A stretch of DNA of 63,874 nt, filler included, from Octopus bimaculoides (Eukaryota), in NCBI RefSeq assembly GCF_001194135.2. It is 6 parts of 4 records of this genome, joined end to end, with 100 filler letters (N's around TTAATTAATTAA, not from the genome) between each part and the next. Parts side by side here need not be neighbours in the genome. Positions count along the whole stretch, not along the records: positions 19,715 to 50,290 come from NC_068981.1; positions 50,391 to 54,691 come from NC_068996.1; positions 54,792 to 61,656 come from NW_026410017.1; 3 more parts are not named here. One strand, written 5' to 3'. Made by a program: the position numbers and the translations under genes. Shown here one piece after another: positions 48,279 through 61,656 of the stretch (the stretch's first letter is position 1; the number at the start of each line of letters is the position of its first letter). Below the pieces are notes generated by a model. The model saw only the letters and a program-made list of their open reading frames with translations, was not told the origin of the DNA and did not search any database.

Positions 48279-48795
48279 ATTTGTTACCCTGTGTTTCCAG
48301 TTTACTCTGACCAATCTGCAAAAGATTCACATTTCAAAGACTCCTACTTTTTCCTTCATAGTGATGTTCATTGTCGAAATTTCTACCTCTTTGAGGACAA
48401 TTGGCACAATATAACAGTTTATTAGCCTCAATTTCAGGCACAGTATTATGTCTTGTAAGGTGAAGATTTTTTTACATTCTTATAAATGTTGTTTTGGCAC
48501 CAGAGAAATATTCTTTTTGCTGTTTCTCGAGCTTCTAACATTCAATTGGTAACCAGATCTTTCCTTTAATACTCTTTGCTCTTTGATCACTGCTGGTTTG
48601 TTTTTCGTTCTACCACTACCACTAACGCCACCATCAATGCTACCATCACTGCCAGCGCCACCGATTGCGACTTATTTTATCAACCCCAATCAAATGACAG
48701 ATAAAAGTGACACTGTCAGGATTTGAAATAAAGACCTAGAGCTTTCTTCCTCTTTGTCTGGCCTTCCTTTTGACGATAATGATAAAATATATATT

Positions 48796-49136
48796 TGTAT
48801 TCTAAGACACAAATACGATAATTTATTTTCGAGCGCAGAAACGCCGTTAGAACAGCCGAAATTTTGGGTAGATTACCCTTACAAAGCGTAACAATTTGTC
48901 AACAAACAGCCATCGGACTCGAACCCAGATGCCTTGAAGACTCTAGCCAAGTGCTTTACCATTAAACTTAACTGCTTCAAATTGGCACTTGGCCGGAGAT
49001 GTGAGTTCGAGTTCTATAGCTGTTTGTTGACAAATTTTTCCGCTTTGTAAGGGTAATTTACCCAATATTTCTGCTGTTCTAACCGCATTTCTGCGTTCGA
49101 AAATAAATTAACGTCTTATTTGTATCTTACAGTACA
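48796..49136. repeat. Long imperfect inverted repeat (~135-bp arms) centred on a tRNA-like head
   Basis: 48796-48930 aligns with the reverse complement of ~49000-49136 at roughly 80% identity by eye. Confidence 0.85.
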
Positions 49137-49869
49137 CATTTCGACGCTTATAAAAAACAAATGTTAGTTTTTGGTTATATTTATATATACATAGTTATAT
49201 ATTTGTATGTGTGTGTGTCAAGAGAGATGGGGAGAGGTGAGAAGGAACGCGCGCGCGCACACACACACACACACAAACACACACATGCACATGTGTTTTG
49301 TTTTGCGTTGTATTTTGTGTGTATGTGTGCGTGTGTAAAAACTTAGACAACCAGGCAAGTAGCTACATAGTTTCAATGATTGATAAGCTGATGAATACAT
49401 AGATATATAGATAGATATACAGACACACAAATAGGCAGACAGACTGATAGAGAATGTCTTTTGTACTTGTGCTACATATCTTAAGATGTTGTCAAGACCG
49501 TTAACCTCCAAACAACCACTTATCTCAGCATCTAATACCAAAAAACTACGCCTAAATATTTAGGCTGCTTTTCAATTTGGACCAATGCCAAGCTAGGAAA
49601 CTTGCTATGGATGAATGACAAACAATAGCTTTCTGCTCGAGTTGTTTTCTCTAATAACGAAAATAGCATTAGAAAGCAGAACACCTCCTCCCCCTCCTCT
49701 TCCTCCTCCCGGAATTGTACAAAATAGGCAGAGCTAGTTGAGCTACTTGGTAGCTAAAGTTCGATAACTGCTCTGCATTGCTACTCATTACGGTTCTGTC
49801 TGTGGATCATCTGTGACACAGCAACCTATTGCAGAGGCTGTTTGAGCTTCCCTGGTGATAATGATGCTG

Positions 49870-49945
<76 letters not shown>

Positions 49946-49947
<2 letters not shown>

Positions 49948-50290
49948 CGAAGTAAACAAAAAACAACAGACCCAGACCGTAGAGATGTATAATAGTGTAC
50001 AAAAAGCACCAATCCAGAACACCACAGACAAGCATATGAATGAAAAGGAAGACAAAACAAATCTAAAGCCTGGAAATAAGGAAGGGAAACCTAATAATTA
50101 CGATACTATGAAAATGAGAATAACCAAAGAACTGAAAACCACAGATCTTAGAATGGACCTCAGATTATATCTCCCAAAAATCAAAATAGACAATAAAACA
50201 ACATCAATAATAAATAGCATAAACCTGGCCGTCACGGAACTAACAACCACAGAAACAACAGGCAATATCACTGAGCTAAATGACATAATA
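49946..50290 (+). mobile_element. Probable R4/Dong-like LINE pre-RT fragment starting at the (TAA)n edge
   Basis: The frame opens immediately after the last TAA. LRLYLPKIKIDNKTTSIINSINLAV...ITELNDII resembles the region N-terminal to the RT in R4-type ORFs. Recognition is tentative. Confidence 0.4.
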
Positions 50291-51761
50291 NNNNNNNNNN
50301 NNNNNNNNNNNNNNNNNNNNNNNNNNNNNNNNNNTTAATTAATTAANNNNNNNNNNNNNNNNNNNNNNNNNNNNNNNNNNNNNNNNNNNNATATATACAC
50401 ATATATAAATACAAAGTGAATGTACACGAAGTACAAACATTGCTACAAATAGCAGCAGGTAAGTTATTGGTGCTATTTAGAGCTTCACTGAAAGTTTACA
50501 GGCAGAGATGTTTGCGTGTGGTGAATATAGGAAAATTCTGTCTTACCTCTTCGGAGAACATTAGAGGAATGAAAGATAGTTTAATACTGCAGTTTCAGAC
50601 TTTTCAGATCATGTGTGTAGGTGCGAATCCAATTGGTTGTCTTCAGTTGAATCCACCGTTAACAACAAAATTTTAAAATATTCACTACATCTCTGCCTGT
50701 TTACTCGGAAGATACAACAGTCTCTAGAACCAAACCGTGGGACTCAAAACTATACCAACCCATGAACTGAATGTCACTACTTAGTTACAAAATCCCACTG
50801 TCTTCATCTAGAATAAGTAGTGTTGCTGTAATAGCTTAGGATTCAAAAACTCACAATTTTTCAATATCTTGCCACAAAACCAGCATAGTGTAGATGAGAA
50901 TGTATTTTTTATAAAAGCCTAGGTATGCATGTGAGTATATATATATATATATCATTGCTATTTTGTTAAACTGTCGTATGTCCAAATTTGGGCAAATTCA
51001 TTCTTTTTCAATATTTATAACTGCTTGCAATAGCCAGTTCTTTTGGTCAAACAATCGTATCTCCAGCTGCTTCAGATGCCAAGATATCTAAAATTGTCAA
51101 AGTTTGTACAACAGCTTTGCTATGGAATGGTGAAACTATTTTGCCGTTTTCTGAAAAAGCAACATTTTGGACTTACGAAACTTTTGTATAATAGCAACAG
51201 TATACATATATGTACATATATNNNNNNNNNNNNNNNNNNNNNNNNNNNNNNNNNNNNNNNNNNNNNNNNNNNNNNNNNNNNNNNNNNNNNNNNNNNNNNN
51301 NNNNNNNNNNNNNNNNNNNNNNNNNNNNNNNNNNNNNNNNNNNNNNNNNNNNNNNNNNNNNNNNNNNNNNNNNNNNNNNNNNNNNNNNNNNNNNNNNNNN
51401 NNNNNNNNNNNNNNNNNNNNNNNNNNNNNNNNNNNNNNNNNNNNNNNNNNNNNNNNNNNNNNNNNNNNNNNNNNNNNNNNNNNNNNNNNNNNNNNNNNNN
51501 NNNNNNNNNNNNNNNNNNNNNNNNNNNNNNNNNNNNNNNNNNNNNNNNNNNNNNNNNNNNNNNNNNNNNNNNNNNNNNNNNNNNNNNNNNNNNNNNNNNN
51601 NNNNNNNNNNNNNNNNNNNNNNNNNNNNNNNNNNNNNNNNNNNNNNNNNNNNNNNNNNNNNNNNNNNNNNNNNNNNNNNNNNNNNNNNNNNNNNNNNNNN
51701 NNNNNNNNNNNNNNNNNNNNNNNNNNNNNNNNNNNNNNNNNNNNGGTATATATATATATAT

Positions 51762-51852
<91 letters not shown>

Positions 51853-51972
51853 CACATACACAGTTATTCAGTTTGGCATGGCTTAGGATAAGTTCAGATT
51901 TTGCCAGACAATATTGACTACACATTTACACACACAGGTGCGCACTCATAGAGAGAGAGGGAGAGAGAGAGG

Positions 51973-52028
<56 letters not shown>

Positions 52029-52496
52029 CTGCTATATTTGTACATACATATACATATACTTATATAAGAAGTATTTTTATGCCAACCAGTTGAGTGCTTA
52101 GCAGCAGTAGTGTTCTATATGCAGGAGCAGCAATACTCCATTATGGATCACGTTTAACATTTCATAATGTTGTTGGCCATGAGAAACAGCTTCTGGCCCT
52201 GGATAACAGCAGTCAGTCATTGGGTGTGGGCAGTGATGTAGATAAGGAAGTAAGCTCTCAACGACATGATACAGAGAGCTCATTTTTGATTCTCTATTGG
52301 AGCCACTTGACAACAATTACACTATACTTACAAGGATGGGTATAGTTATCATGACAATGTTTTTTTTTACTTGCCCATTAAGTGCAGGCTATGTAGACTC
52401 TGACTTGTCAAAAGAGCCATTATTGTATAAATATGTAAATACAATTTTCTTTTTCCTTTTCTACGAGGTATGACACCAATTTTTGGAGTGCTTGTG

Positions 52497-52569
<73 letters not shown>

Positions 52570-52879
52570 GTATACACATTCACAAGCTAGAATTTGTCAA
52601 ATATGTAGAGACTGCTGTTCACTTAAAATTATATATAGATATACACACATACACAAACATATATACATACATACAAACATACATATATATAGATTTGGCA
52701 ATGCAAACAGGAAAAGTGGAACACAAGACAAGTATATATATATATTTCGTATGTGTATTTCGTGTGCAAGATTCTTGATNNNNNNNNNNNNNNNNNNNNN
52801 NNNNNNNNNNNNNNNNNNNNNNNNNNNNNNNNNNNNNNNNNNNNNNNNNNNNNNNNNNNNNNNNNNNNNNNNNNNNNNN

Positions 52880-53174
52880 GCATCACTACACATGTTGATG
52901 CCCAAGTCTCTTACTGTTTGTGGTTCTGGAATTACAGTACCTCCAGGTCCTGTGTATGCCAGTTGGGAGGCACTTGTCGCCTTGTAGCGCAGTACTTGAA
53001 ATTTTTTTGCATTGAACTGCATATTATTTTGCTCTGCCCACTTGTATATTGCACTTAGGTCATTCTTCAGGCTTATAATATCATCAGGATTCTTTATTGC
53101 CTGAGATAGTTTTGTGTCATCAGCGTAGCTACCGACAGTGGCTCTCCGAGTGACCGTGGGCATGTCCAGAAGGG

Positions 53175-53177
<3 letters not shown>
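52880..53177 (-). mobile_element. CR1-clade LINE RT fragment
   Basis: VGSYADDTKL...LKNDLSAIYKWAEQNNMQFNAKKFQVL...VRDLGINM. Confidence 0.85.
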
Positions 53178-53210
<33 letters not shown>

Positions 53211-55624
53211 CATTATTATTAATAATAATAATATTTAGCAGAAGCAACAGAGTGACTCAATGGCTGAGAGTTTCGTATGTTAGCACTGGTCAAACTAATT
53301 ACAAATCAAGAGGTTATAAATTTATACACCAGTGATAATGGCATGATAATGGCATGTCCCTGGGTAGTTCTGGAACAAATTATAAAAACAATTACAATGT
53401 CACATGGATAATTCCTATTTCTCAAATAGCTTGCAAAATATAAATTTTCAATTTGAAAAAGTTAATTGTCTACATGACACCACTAACATGGCAGTGGTAC
53501 TCAGCATGACTGTTATCAAGTGACATTAAGGCAAAGAAACAACTGCATGCACACACGCATGCACACGTGCACACACACATCATATATCTGTAAAAGAAGT
53601 ACACTCTAAATTATACATAGATACTCTCTTTACTCTTTACTCTTTTACCTGTTTCAGTCATTTGACTGTGGCCATGCTGGAGCACCGCCTTTAGTCAAGC
53701 AAATCGACCCCAGGACCTATTCTTTGGAAGCCTAGTACTTATTCTATCGGTCTCTTTTGCCGAACCGCTAAATGATGGGGATGTAAACACACTAGCATCG
53801 GTTGTCAAGCGATGTTGGGGGGACAAACACAGACACGCAAACATATACACACACATACATATATACGACAGGCTTCTTTCAGTTTCCGTCTACCAAATCC
53901 ACTCACAAGGTTTTGGTCGGCCCGAGGCTATAGTAGAAGACACTTGCCCAAGGTCGTATGCAGTGGGACTGGACCTGGAACCATGTGGTTGGTAAGCAAG
54001 CTACTTACCACACAGCCACTCTACACAAATATAAGAGTTAGAACTTGTGATCTGCCCATGGACCTTTTTTTTGGAAATTTTTGCCCGCCGCACTAAAAAG
54101 TTTCCCCACCTCTGCTCTAAAGCATAGAGCAGTAATGTATTTACATGTAGTTAAGTCTATGTCTGGTCACAGAGTGACCAATGGTTTTGCATTCACAAAG
54201 GGCTTAGCTCTATGGATATCTCAACAGCCTCTAATGTTACAGACAAATGTAACTCATCACTATTGGGAGGCAGGAATCTGTTATAGTCATATATCATCTA
54301 TATATCTACACACACACACACATATGGACTACCATGTTAGCTTGACAATAACTATTAATATCCAGTACCACTGCCGTAGTCTACTTTAGAGAGACTCAGA
54401 AACATTAATATTTATATATATATATATATATATATAAGGTTTTCGAAGGACCGGAGAGATTATGTCCGGGTGGAGAATTATACCAGATATAGTACTATAC
54501 AAAATACCGAAAGGATCTTCACCTCTTACATCACACATTTCTTCTTACTTCAACGTCGAGATGGTATAATTTCCGGGGAGAGAGATAATTTTTGCGGCTG
54601 AAGATAGCTTTACATTGTAGATTATACACATATTATATTATGTTATATTATATTATGTTATATTATATTATACACATGTAGAGCTTGAAACNNNNNNNNN
54701 NNNNNNNNNNNNNNNNNNNNNNNNNNNNNNNNNNNTTAATTAATTAANNNNNNNNNNNNNNNNNNNNNNNNNNNNNNNNNNNNNNNNNNNNTGTTTGTTT
54801 TTATATTATAATGAAAACAATTTTATATTAAATTAAAGGATTACCCAACACCTTTAGTAGTGTACAAATTTATTATTCTTTAACAAGAATATTATTGACA
54901 GTGACTTCGAAGCTCCAACCAAGTAAGCCACCATTAGACTGTAATTCATTTAAGTTTGGCTTTATACAGTCTCTGTTAAATAATAACTATGCTGTGTGGT
55001 AGGTAGTGGTGGCAAGATGGTATGGAGAAATTTTGTTGATTAAATTTGAGGAAGTGCTAATTGTTAGAATTTATTTGTGCATGGAGCGTTTCGTAATTAG
55101 ATGTGCATTTTTAGACGTGTCATCTTCAGATCATAGGTGTTCACAAAATAATCTAATTTGGTTGTTGGACAGCATATTCGAAACTTGGTTTGGTTGTTGC
55201 TGGTTTCATTTAGATATTAATGGGATACTTAGAGTTTGTTTTGAGAATGTGAAGGTTAAATCTTGGAGTTCAGTGTCTTGACTTTTGTATTTAGATGTGT
55301 TATTTTGTACATCAACTTTTAGGGGATTTGTATTTAAGGATTAACAAAAGAATGCAAGTATGTGCCAAGGTTCAGTTAGTTTGCAGGTTGGTATTATAAA
55401 TAATGATGATATATATATTGTCACTATTTAAAATAAAACGGTTGGAAAGAATATTTAAAAAAATTATTTTAAAGAATTATGGTTACACACCAAAGTCACA
55501 CCTTGAATTGATGTTATTTCATATTTCACAAGTGTTTACTCAATGAGCTCGCCATACTTTGCTGTCTGTCTTTCTATCCATTTATCTATCTATCTGTCTG
55601 TCGGTCAGTCTATCTGTCTATCGA

Positions 55625-55684
<60 letters not shown>

Positions 55685-55962
55685 AAAGGTCTAGAGACAA
55701 AGACTTTCCTCTCTGGGCAATCTCTGATCAACTTCTTCAAGTATCACCTGAAGAGGAAAGTGAGAGTAGAAAGGGAAGTCTTGTCTAGTGAATGCTTAAA
55801 AAAAAGATGGGTGAATGTAGCAAGGATGGCACGTGTGAATGACGGAGCCACCTTGAGCATAACACTATAAAGGAGTAAAAAAAAGTCAAGAAAAAAAAAC
55901 AAAAAGGCAAAAGAGAGTCACTTACTGTAATAGTCTCTTCAATAACAATGACAATATTGACC
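55685..55962 (+). mobile_element. Tx1 LINE copy A: 5'-truncated ORF2 C-terminus and start of 3'UTR
   Basis: After (TCTG/TCTA)n it reads KGLETKTFLSGQSLINFFKYHLKRKVRVEREVLSSECLKKRWVNVARMAR...* (stop at 55870), typical of the Tx1 ORF2 end. The 3'UTR is shared with other copies. Confidence 0.65.
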
Positions 55963-56165
55963 NNNNNNNNNNNNNNNNNNNNNNNNNNNNNNNNNNNNNN
56001 NNNNNNNNNNNNNNNNNNNNNNNNNNNNNNNNNNNNNNNNNNNNNNNNNNNNNNNNNNNNNNNNNNNNNNNNNNNNNNNNNNNNNNNNNNNNNNNNNNNN
56101 NNNNNNNNNNNNNNNNNNNNNNNNNNNNNNNNNNNNNNNNNNNNNNNNNNNNNNNNNNNNNNNNN

Positions 56166-56207
<42 letters not shown>

Positions 56208-56216
56208 TCTCTACTG

Positions 56217-58750
56217 ACGGACGTGCTGTCACATCGGCTGCAGAGGTAAACCTTTATTTGACCTTTTTATTGCCCACATTTGTTTTAAATCTTTTTATAT
56301 AATCTGTGCGAAGCACCCAAGCTTCATTTGTGTATTTTTCGAAGGGAGGAATTGGCCCCTAGGAGCAGTTCCAGCCCCGTCAAAATATATATAATTTTTT
56401 CTCGGCATTTGAAAAATGTCGAGAAACATTGTATTGGAACGCTGGTCGAATTCGCTCATCGACCAGCATTTCCCTAGTCTTGGAACGCTAGATAAGAAAA
56501 AGAACGAAAACTGGACGCGCACACAAAAAGAAATTTCTAAGAACGTCATGAAAATAGCAACCACACATGTTGACAGCTTTCTCACCACCACCACCACCAA
56601 TATGAAAGCTACGTTTGCTACGATCCGCACTGGCAACAGCAACAACAACAACAGCAATGCATCAAGACCAACCGCGACCAAAGTTTCTGCTACTACAGCA
56701 GTCTCCACAGCTACCGACACCACCACCACCAGCGACGACAACAACAAAGAAAACAAACTTTGCTGATGCACTCAGACAAAAAAAATATTTTGCACTTCAC
56801 AACAAAAGAAATACAAGAAACAAAAAAAACTATTAAACCAACAAGGACCAAAACTGAAATTAAAAATACCTGAAAAAATCATACATGATGTACAAAAAAC
56901 AACCATCATATACAAAATTTTGAACACAGAAACACGAAAACCAGAACAACCAGCAACAGAAGTTATTGAACAATGTTTGTATCCCATATTGGCCCACAAG
57001 AACTACATAAACNNNNNNNNNNNNNNNNNNNNNNNNNNNNNNNNNNNNNNNNNNNNNNNNNNNNNNNNNNNNNNNNNNNNNNNNNNNNNNNNNNNNNNNN
57101 NNNNNNNNNNNNNNNNNNNNNNNNNNNNNNNNNNNNNNNNNNNNNNNNNNNNNNNNNNNNNNNNNNNNNNNNNNNNNNNNNNNNNNNNNNNNNNNNNNNN
57201 NNNNNNNNNNNNNNNNNNNNNNNNNNNNNNNNNNNNNNNNNNNNNNNNNNNNNNNNNNNNNNNNNNNNNNNNNNNNNNNNNNNNNNNNNNNNNNNNNNNN
57301 NNNNNNNNNNNNNNNNNNNNNNNNNNNNNNNNNNNNNNNNNNNNNNNNNNNNNNNNNNNNNNNNNNNNNNNNNNNNNNNNNNNNNNNNNNNNNNNNNNNN
57401 NNNNNNNNNNNNNNNNNNNNNNNNNNNNNNNNNNNNNNNNNNNNNNNNNNNNNNNNNNNNNNNNNNNNNNNNNNNNNNNNNNNNNNNNNNNNNNNNNNNN
57501 NNNNNNNNNNNNNNNNNNNNNNNNNNNNNNNNNNNNNNNNNNNNNNNNNNNNNNNNNNNNNNNNNNNNNNNNNNNNNNNNNNNNNNNNNNNNNNNNNNNN
57601 NNNNNNNNNNNNNNNNNNNNNNNNNNNNNNNNNNNNNNNNNNNNNNNNNNNNNNNNNNNNAAGAACCCCTACTACCCACACCACCACCAACACAAAGAAC
57701 GAGCAAAAGGAGCAAGACAGAAGAATCCCACAAACCAAACCCGCCTACACCAACAAATGTACCCGAAAAAAACATAAACAACAACTACAAGAACTAAGGA
57801 AACAGTAAAAGCAAAAGACAATACAAAAACTAATTCCCCTTCCCTCACACCACATACACCGCAAGCAGATAATCAACAACCATCAACAACATACCCACTT
57901 CAACAAAAAAAAACACACAAGCACACGCCATGCCCTTACCCCCTTCCGATTCCTCAGAAGACTCGTCCGAGGACGAAAGTAGCGAGTGGCAAATAACCAG
58001 AAAAGGAAGGAGGAAAAGAAGTAAAAAAAAGAACCAAACCAAATGCAAACACCAACAAAGCAGGGAAATATACATCTCCTGAAAACATCGTCTCCAAACA
58101 TACCACAAACAACATCAACACCACAAAAACACATACAACAAACATGTTCACAGCAATAGACACTACAAACACAGAATTAATGAACTACATAAACATAAAA
58201 ACAAACATAACAGAAAACAACATCAAAACAAACAACCACCCATACACGACGCCACCTAATCACATAAAAATATATCACATCACGCCAACATTACACCACA
58301 CTTTAAAATCCCTCTACCCCAATGCGTTAGGGGGATGCCGAAAATATTTAGCCAAAAAACTTTACAGCAGTCTCCTTAACGAAAATTCAAAGGAAAGAAC
58401 AACTGAACTTTCGAACGGTAAGTAACTCTCTGTTCCTTTTCTTTTTAAGCAGAGAGTTACTTATGTTTCTTTCGTAAATAAAAAATTTTTTTTAATTTGT
58501 GACATTAATGACCGAGGTTACCGTGGTCTTTTCGTAGGTTTTTCTGTCCACGGATAACCTCCCCATTTCTTGGGAAATTTTCGTATTATTTTATTTTATT
58601 TTATTTATTTTGATTTTTTTTTGTACATACCCCAAACGTTTTCTCGATGCCTTTTGATCGTTATCCCCATTTTTTCTCGTCCCCTCGAAAAGAAAAACTC
58701 TACATTGGATTTGTCCCATCTGTGTTGAGCCCTGTGTGGCTAATAAAGAA

Positions 58751-58751
<1 letters not shown>
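56217..58751 (+). mobile_element. Tx1 LINE copy B: 5'UTR + degenerate ORF1 + 3'UTR, no ORF2
   Basis: The 5' end ACGGACGTGCTG..CATCGGCT is homologous to 58827 onward, and the ORF1 regions are homologous to copy C. The inter-ORF spacer joins directly to the 3'UTR at ~58445. Ends TAATAAAGAAA-(TCTA)n. Confidence 0.7.
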
Positions 58752-58826
<75 letters not shown>

Positions 58827-58827
<1 letters not shown>

Positions 58828-59310
58828 CGGACATGTTGACGCATCGGCTCCGAAGGTAATCTTTATTCTTGACCATTTATTGCCCACATATTGTTATCAT
58901 TTTTGTTTATAAGGTGTGTGAAGCACCCAACTTTCATTTTATTATGTTTCCAAGGTAGGAATTGGCCCTTAGGGGCAGTTTCAACCTCTTTTAAATATAT
59001 ATATTTTCTTCCTGACATTGAAAAATGTCGAGAAATGCTGTCGTAGAACGCTGGTCAGATTCTTTCATGGACCAGCATTTTCCTAGGCTTGAAACGCTAG
59101 GAGAACAAAAAAATAAGTCATGCACGCGCACACACACCAAATCAACAACAATCATGGAAAAAAACAAATGAATCAACAAGTATTACAAACTTTAAAGTGA
59201 ACGCTGTCAGTGTCATGGATACTGCAACCACGACTGTTAACAGTCCTGTCACAACCACCAACACCACCAAGACTATCACTGCTACCACCGCCACCACCAA
59301 TACCAGCAGC

Positions 59311-59341
<31 letters not shown>

Positions 59342-61656
59342 GGACACCGGCCGTCAACACCGACACCACAACTACTTCGACAAACTCTTCTGCCACTACC
59401 ACTACCTTTGAACCTGGCAGTATCATCACCACTGTCAACACCACCATCAACAACTACAAGATGAACAAGATAAACAACACCACAACCGCCACAAAAAACA
59501 TATCTGCCAGCACCACAAAAATAAATTTTGCCGATGCAACTAAAGAAAAAAGAACAATAATAACATTCACCCAAAAACAAATTAATGATACAAAATCCCT
59601 TCCCACGAAAGAATGTGACACCGTACAAATATACATACCAAAAGAAATCATCGAAAACAAAAACAAAAAGTACATATCATACAGACTTATCAACACGAAA
59701 ACCAAGCGACCGGAGAATTTCTCCACCAAAAGAAGTTGAAATCTGTCTCAAACCGATATGGCCCTTTCAAAACCATGTTACTTGGGGGCGCAAGTTCGCC
59801 ACCGTTCAAGTACGCTTTCAGAGCGAAGAGTTAACAAAGAAATTTTCGACACTCTCTCTCCACACAGATGACTTGGTGATGATACCGAGTTATCTTGGAC
59901 AGAGTGACGAAGGTGACAGTAAAGAATGTCCCTTCACAAGTGGAGACGCAGTGGATAATATCTGCTACATGCCTCGAAATGGAGGAGGCAAATATACTAG
60001 AAATTGCTGCTGCAGAGGAGAAAAACTGGGAAGGGGGGGAAACTCGAAGTCCTCCTCCACATCACTGAAGAGGAGTCACAAAAGATCCCCACACACATCC
60101 AACTGGCAAAGGACCACAAGTTATATGTAGTGGTGGAAGGAAGGCGGCCGCGCTGTTATGTATGCGGCAGCGAGGCACACCTCAAGGACAGTTGCCCAAC
60201 CGCCGCCAACCAAAAAAAACAACAAGGGCAACCACCAAAACCGACAAAAAAAACCCTACTACCAACACCACCATCAACACACAAAACAAGAGAAATACCA
60301 GCAACACCGACAACTGAGAAGACAACAGCAACTGCAAGAACAACAAGTGAGGAAACAGGAGAAAAAAAGAAAATTCCAAGACTGTCTCCCACTCCCCCAT
60401 ATCACATACACCTCACACAAATAACAAGCAGCCAACACCAGCAAAAACAGCAACACAACCACTCACACAAACACACACAGGCGCTCACAATTTGCCCCTA
60501 CCCCCCTTCTGATTCATCAGAACTCTCTTCGGAAGACGAAAGTAATGAGGAATGGCGAATAGCCCAAAAAGAAAAGAGGAAGAGGTGCAAAAAAAGAAAA
60601 GCAAACACCAACAAAGCAGGGAGATTCACATTTTCTGAAAATACTTCCAACTCCAACACGATCGACACTAATAATAACATACCAAAAAACAATGCTCACA
60701 GCAATAGACAGTACAAACACAGAGTTGATGAAATACATCAACTCAAAAACAAACATTACAAATAACGACATTAAAACAAACAATCACCCACACACAACAC
60801 CACCAAAACACATAAAAGTATACCACATAACACCAGCATTGCACTACCAAATAAAATCCCTCTACCCCAATGCGGTAGGGGGTGCCAAAAATATTTGTGC
60901 AAGAAATTGTACAACAGCCTCCTTGGTGAAAAATCCAAGGAGGAGACAAAACTTTCAAACAGTAACGCTCTGTTCTTTTCTTTTTGTACTTTAAAGCACA
61001 TATTTCAATAGTCATGCTCAAAATTGGTTGTGTAAATGCGCGTGGCTTGGGGTCCCCTTGGAAACAAGGGTACCTCTTAAATGACATCAAGTCACATAAC
61101 TTGGGAATCATAGCCATAAGTGAGACCAGACTCTATGAGCCGCGGGCCCTAAAGTCCATGTTTGGCGGACAATTTAACATTTATTTTTCAAGCTGTCTGC
61201 CGAGGATGGGCGGTAGTGGCATGGCGGTTCTTTTTCGCAAGAGACTGGATCTCGAAGTAAAGATGATATTCATAGACCCGGAGGGTAGACTGGTTGTGCT
61301 GGATGTCGACAGCAGCGATGGTTGCGCTTTTTGGCTGCTAGCAGTCTATGTTCCTCCTTTAACAGGTCGGTCAGATTTCTTTCGACGTCTAGAGGCATTC
61401 CTGGGAACGTCTCGTCCTTTAGTTTTAGTGGGGGGGGGGAATGTTACCTTGGACACGCATCTAGACTACGTGGGGAGAGACAACAATAGAAGGGGATGCA
61501 AATGCCTCAGAGACCTGCTCAGACGCTTTCAACTGTCTGACAGGTACCGACTCGACCACCCAAATGTGCCAACGTGGACATGGAGCAACTGCATTGGGTC
61601 GTCGATATCGTATCTAGATAGGATAGTATGTAGGACAATAGATAGAGATAGCTTAG
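58827..61656 (+). mobile_element. Tx1-clade (L1 group) LINE copy C: 5'UTR, ORF1 and ORF2 endonuclease; remainder in or beyond the gap
   Basis: Frameshifted ORF1 (~59150-60765) has a T/N-rich N-terminus, YLG.RVTKVTV.NVP, and a CCHC knuckle CYVCGSEAHLKDSC. ORF2 starts at ATG 61014. Confidence 0.85.
61014..61656 (+). CDS. Tx1 ORF2 APE endonuclease domain, likely inactive
   Basis: MLKIGCVNARGL...IIAISET...DPEGRLVVLDV...AVYVP...LVLVGGGN (normally GDFN)...DRYRLDHP...TW...YLDRI. Truncated by a gap. Confidence 0.8.

Noticed and set aside
54850-55350. Possible very degenerate Penelope fragment on the minus strand
   Set aside because: Only vague similarity with many stops; not supportable without an alignment.
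59142-59739. Thr/Asn-rich mucin-like ORF and its Val-rich antisense ORFs (also 56295-56836)
   Set aside because: This is the low-complexity N-terminal part of the Tx1 ORF1, not a host gene.
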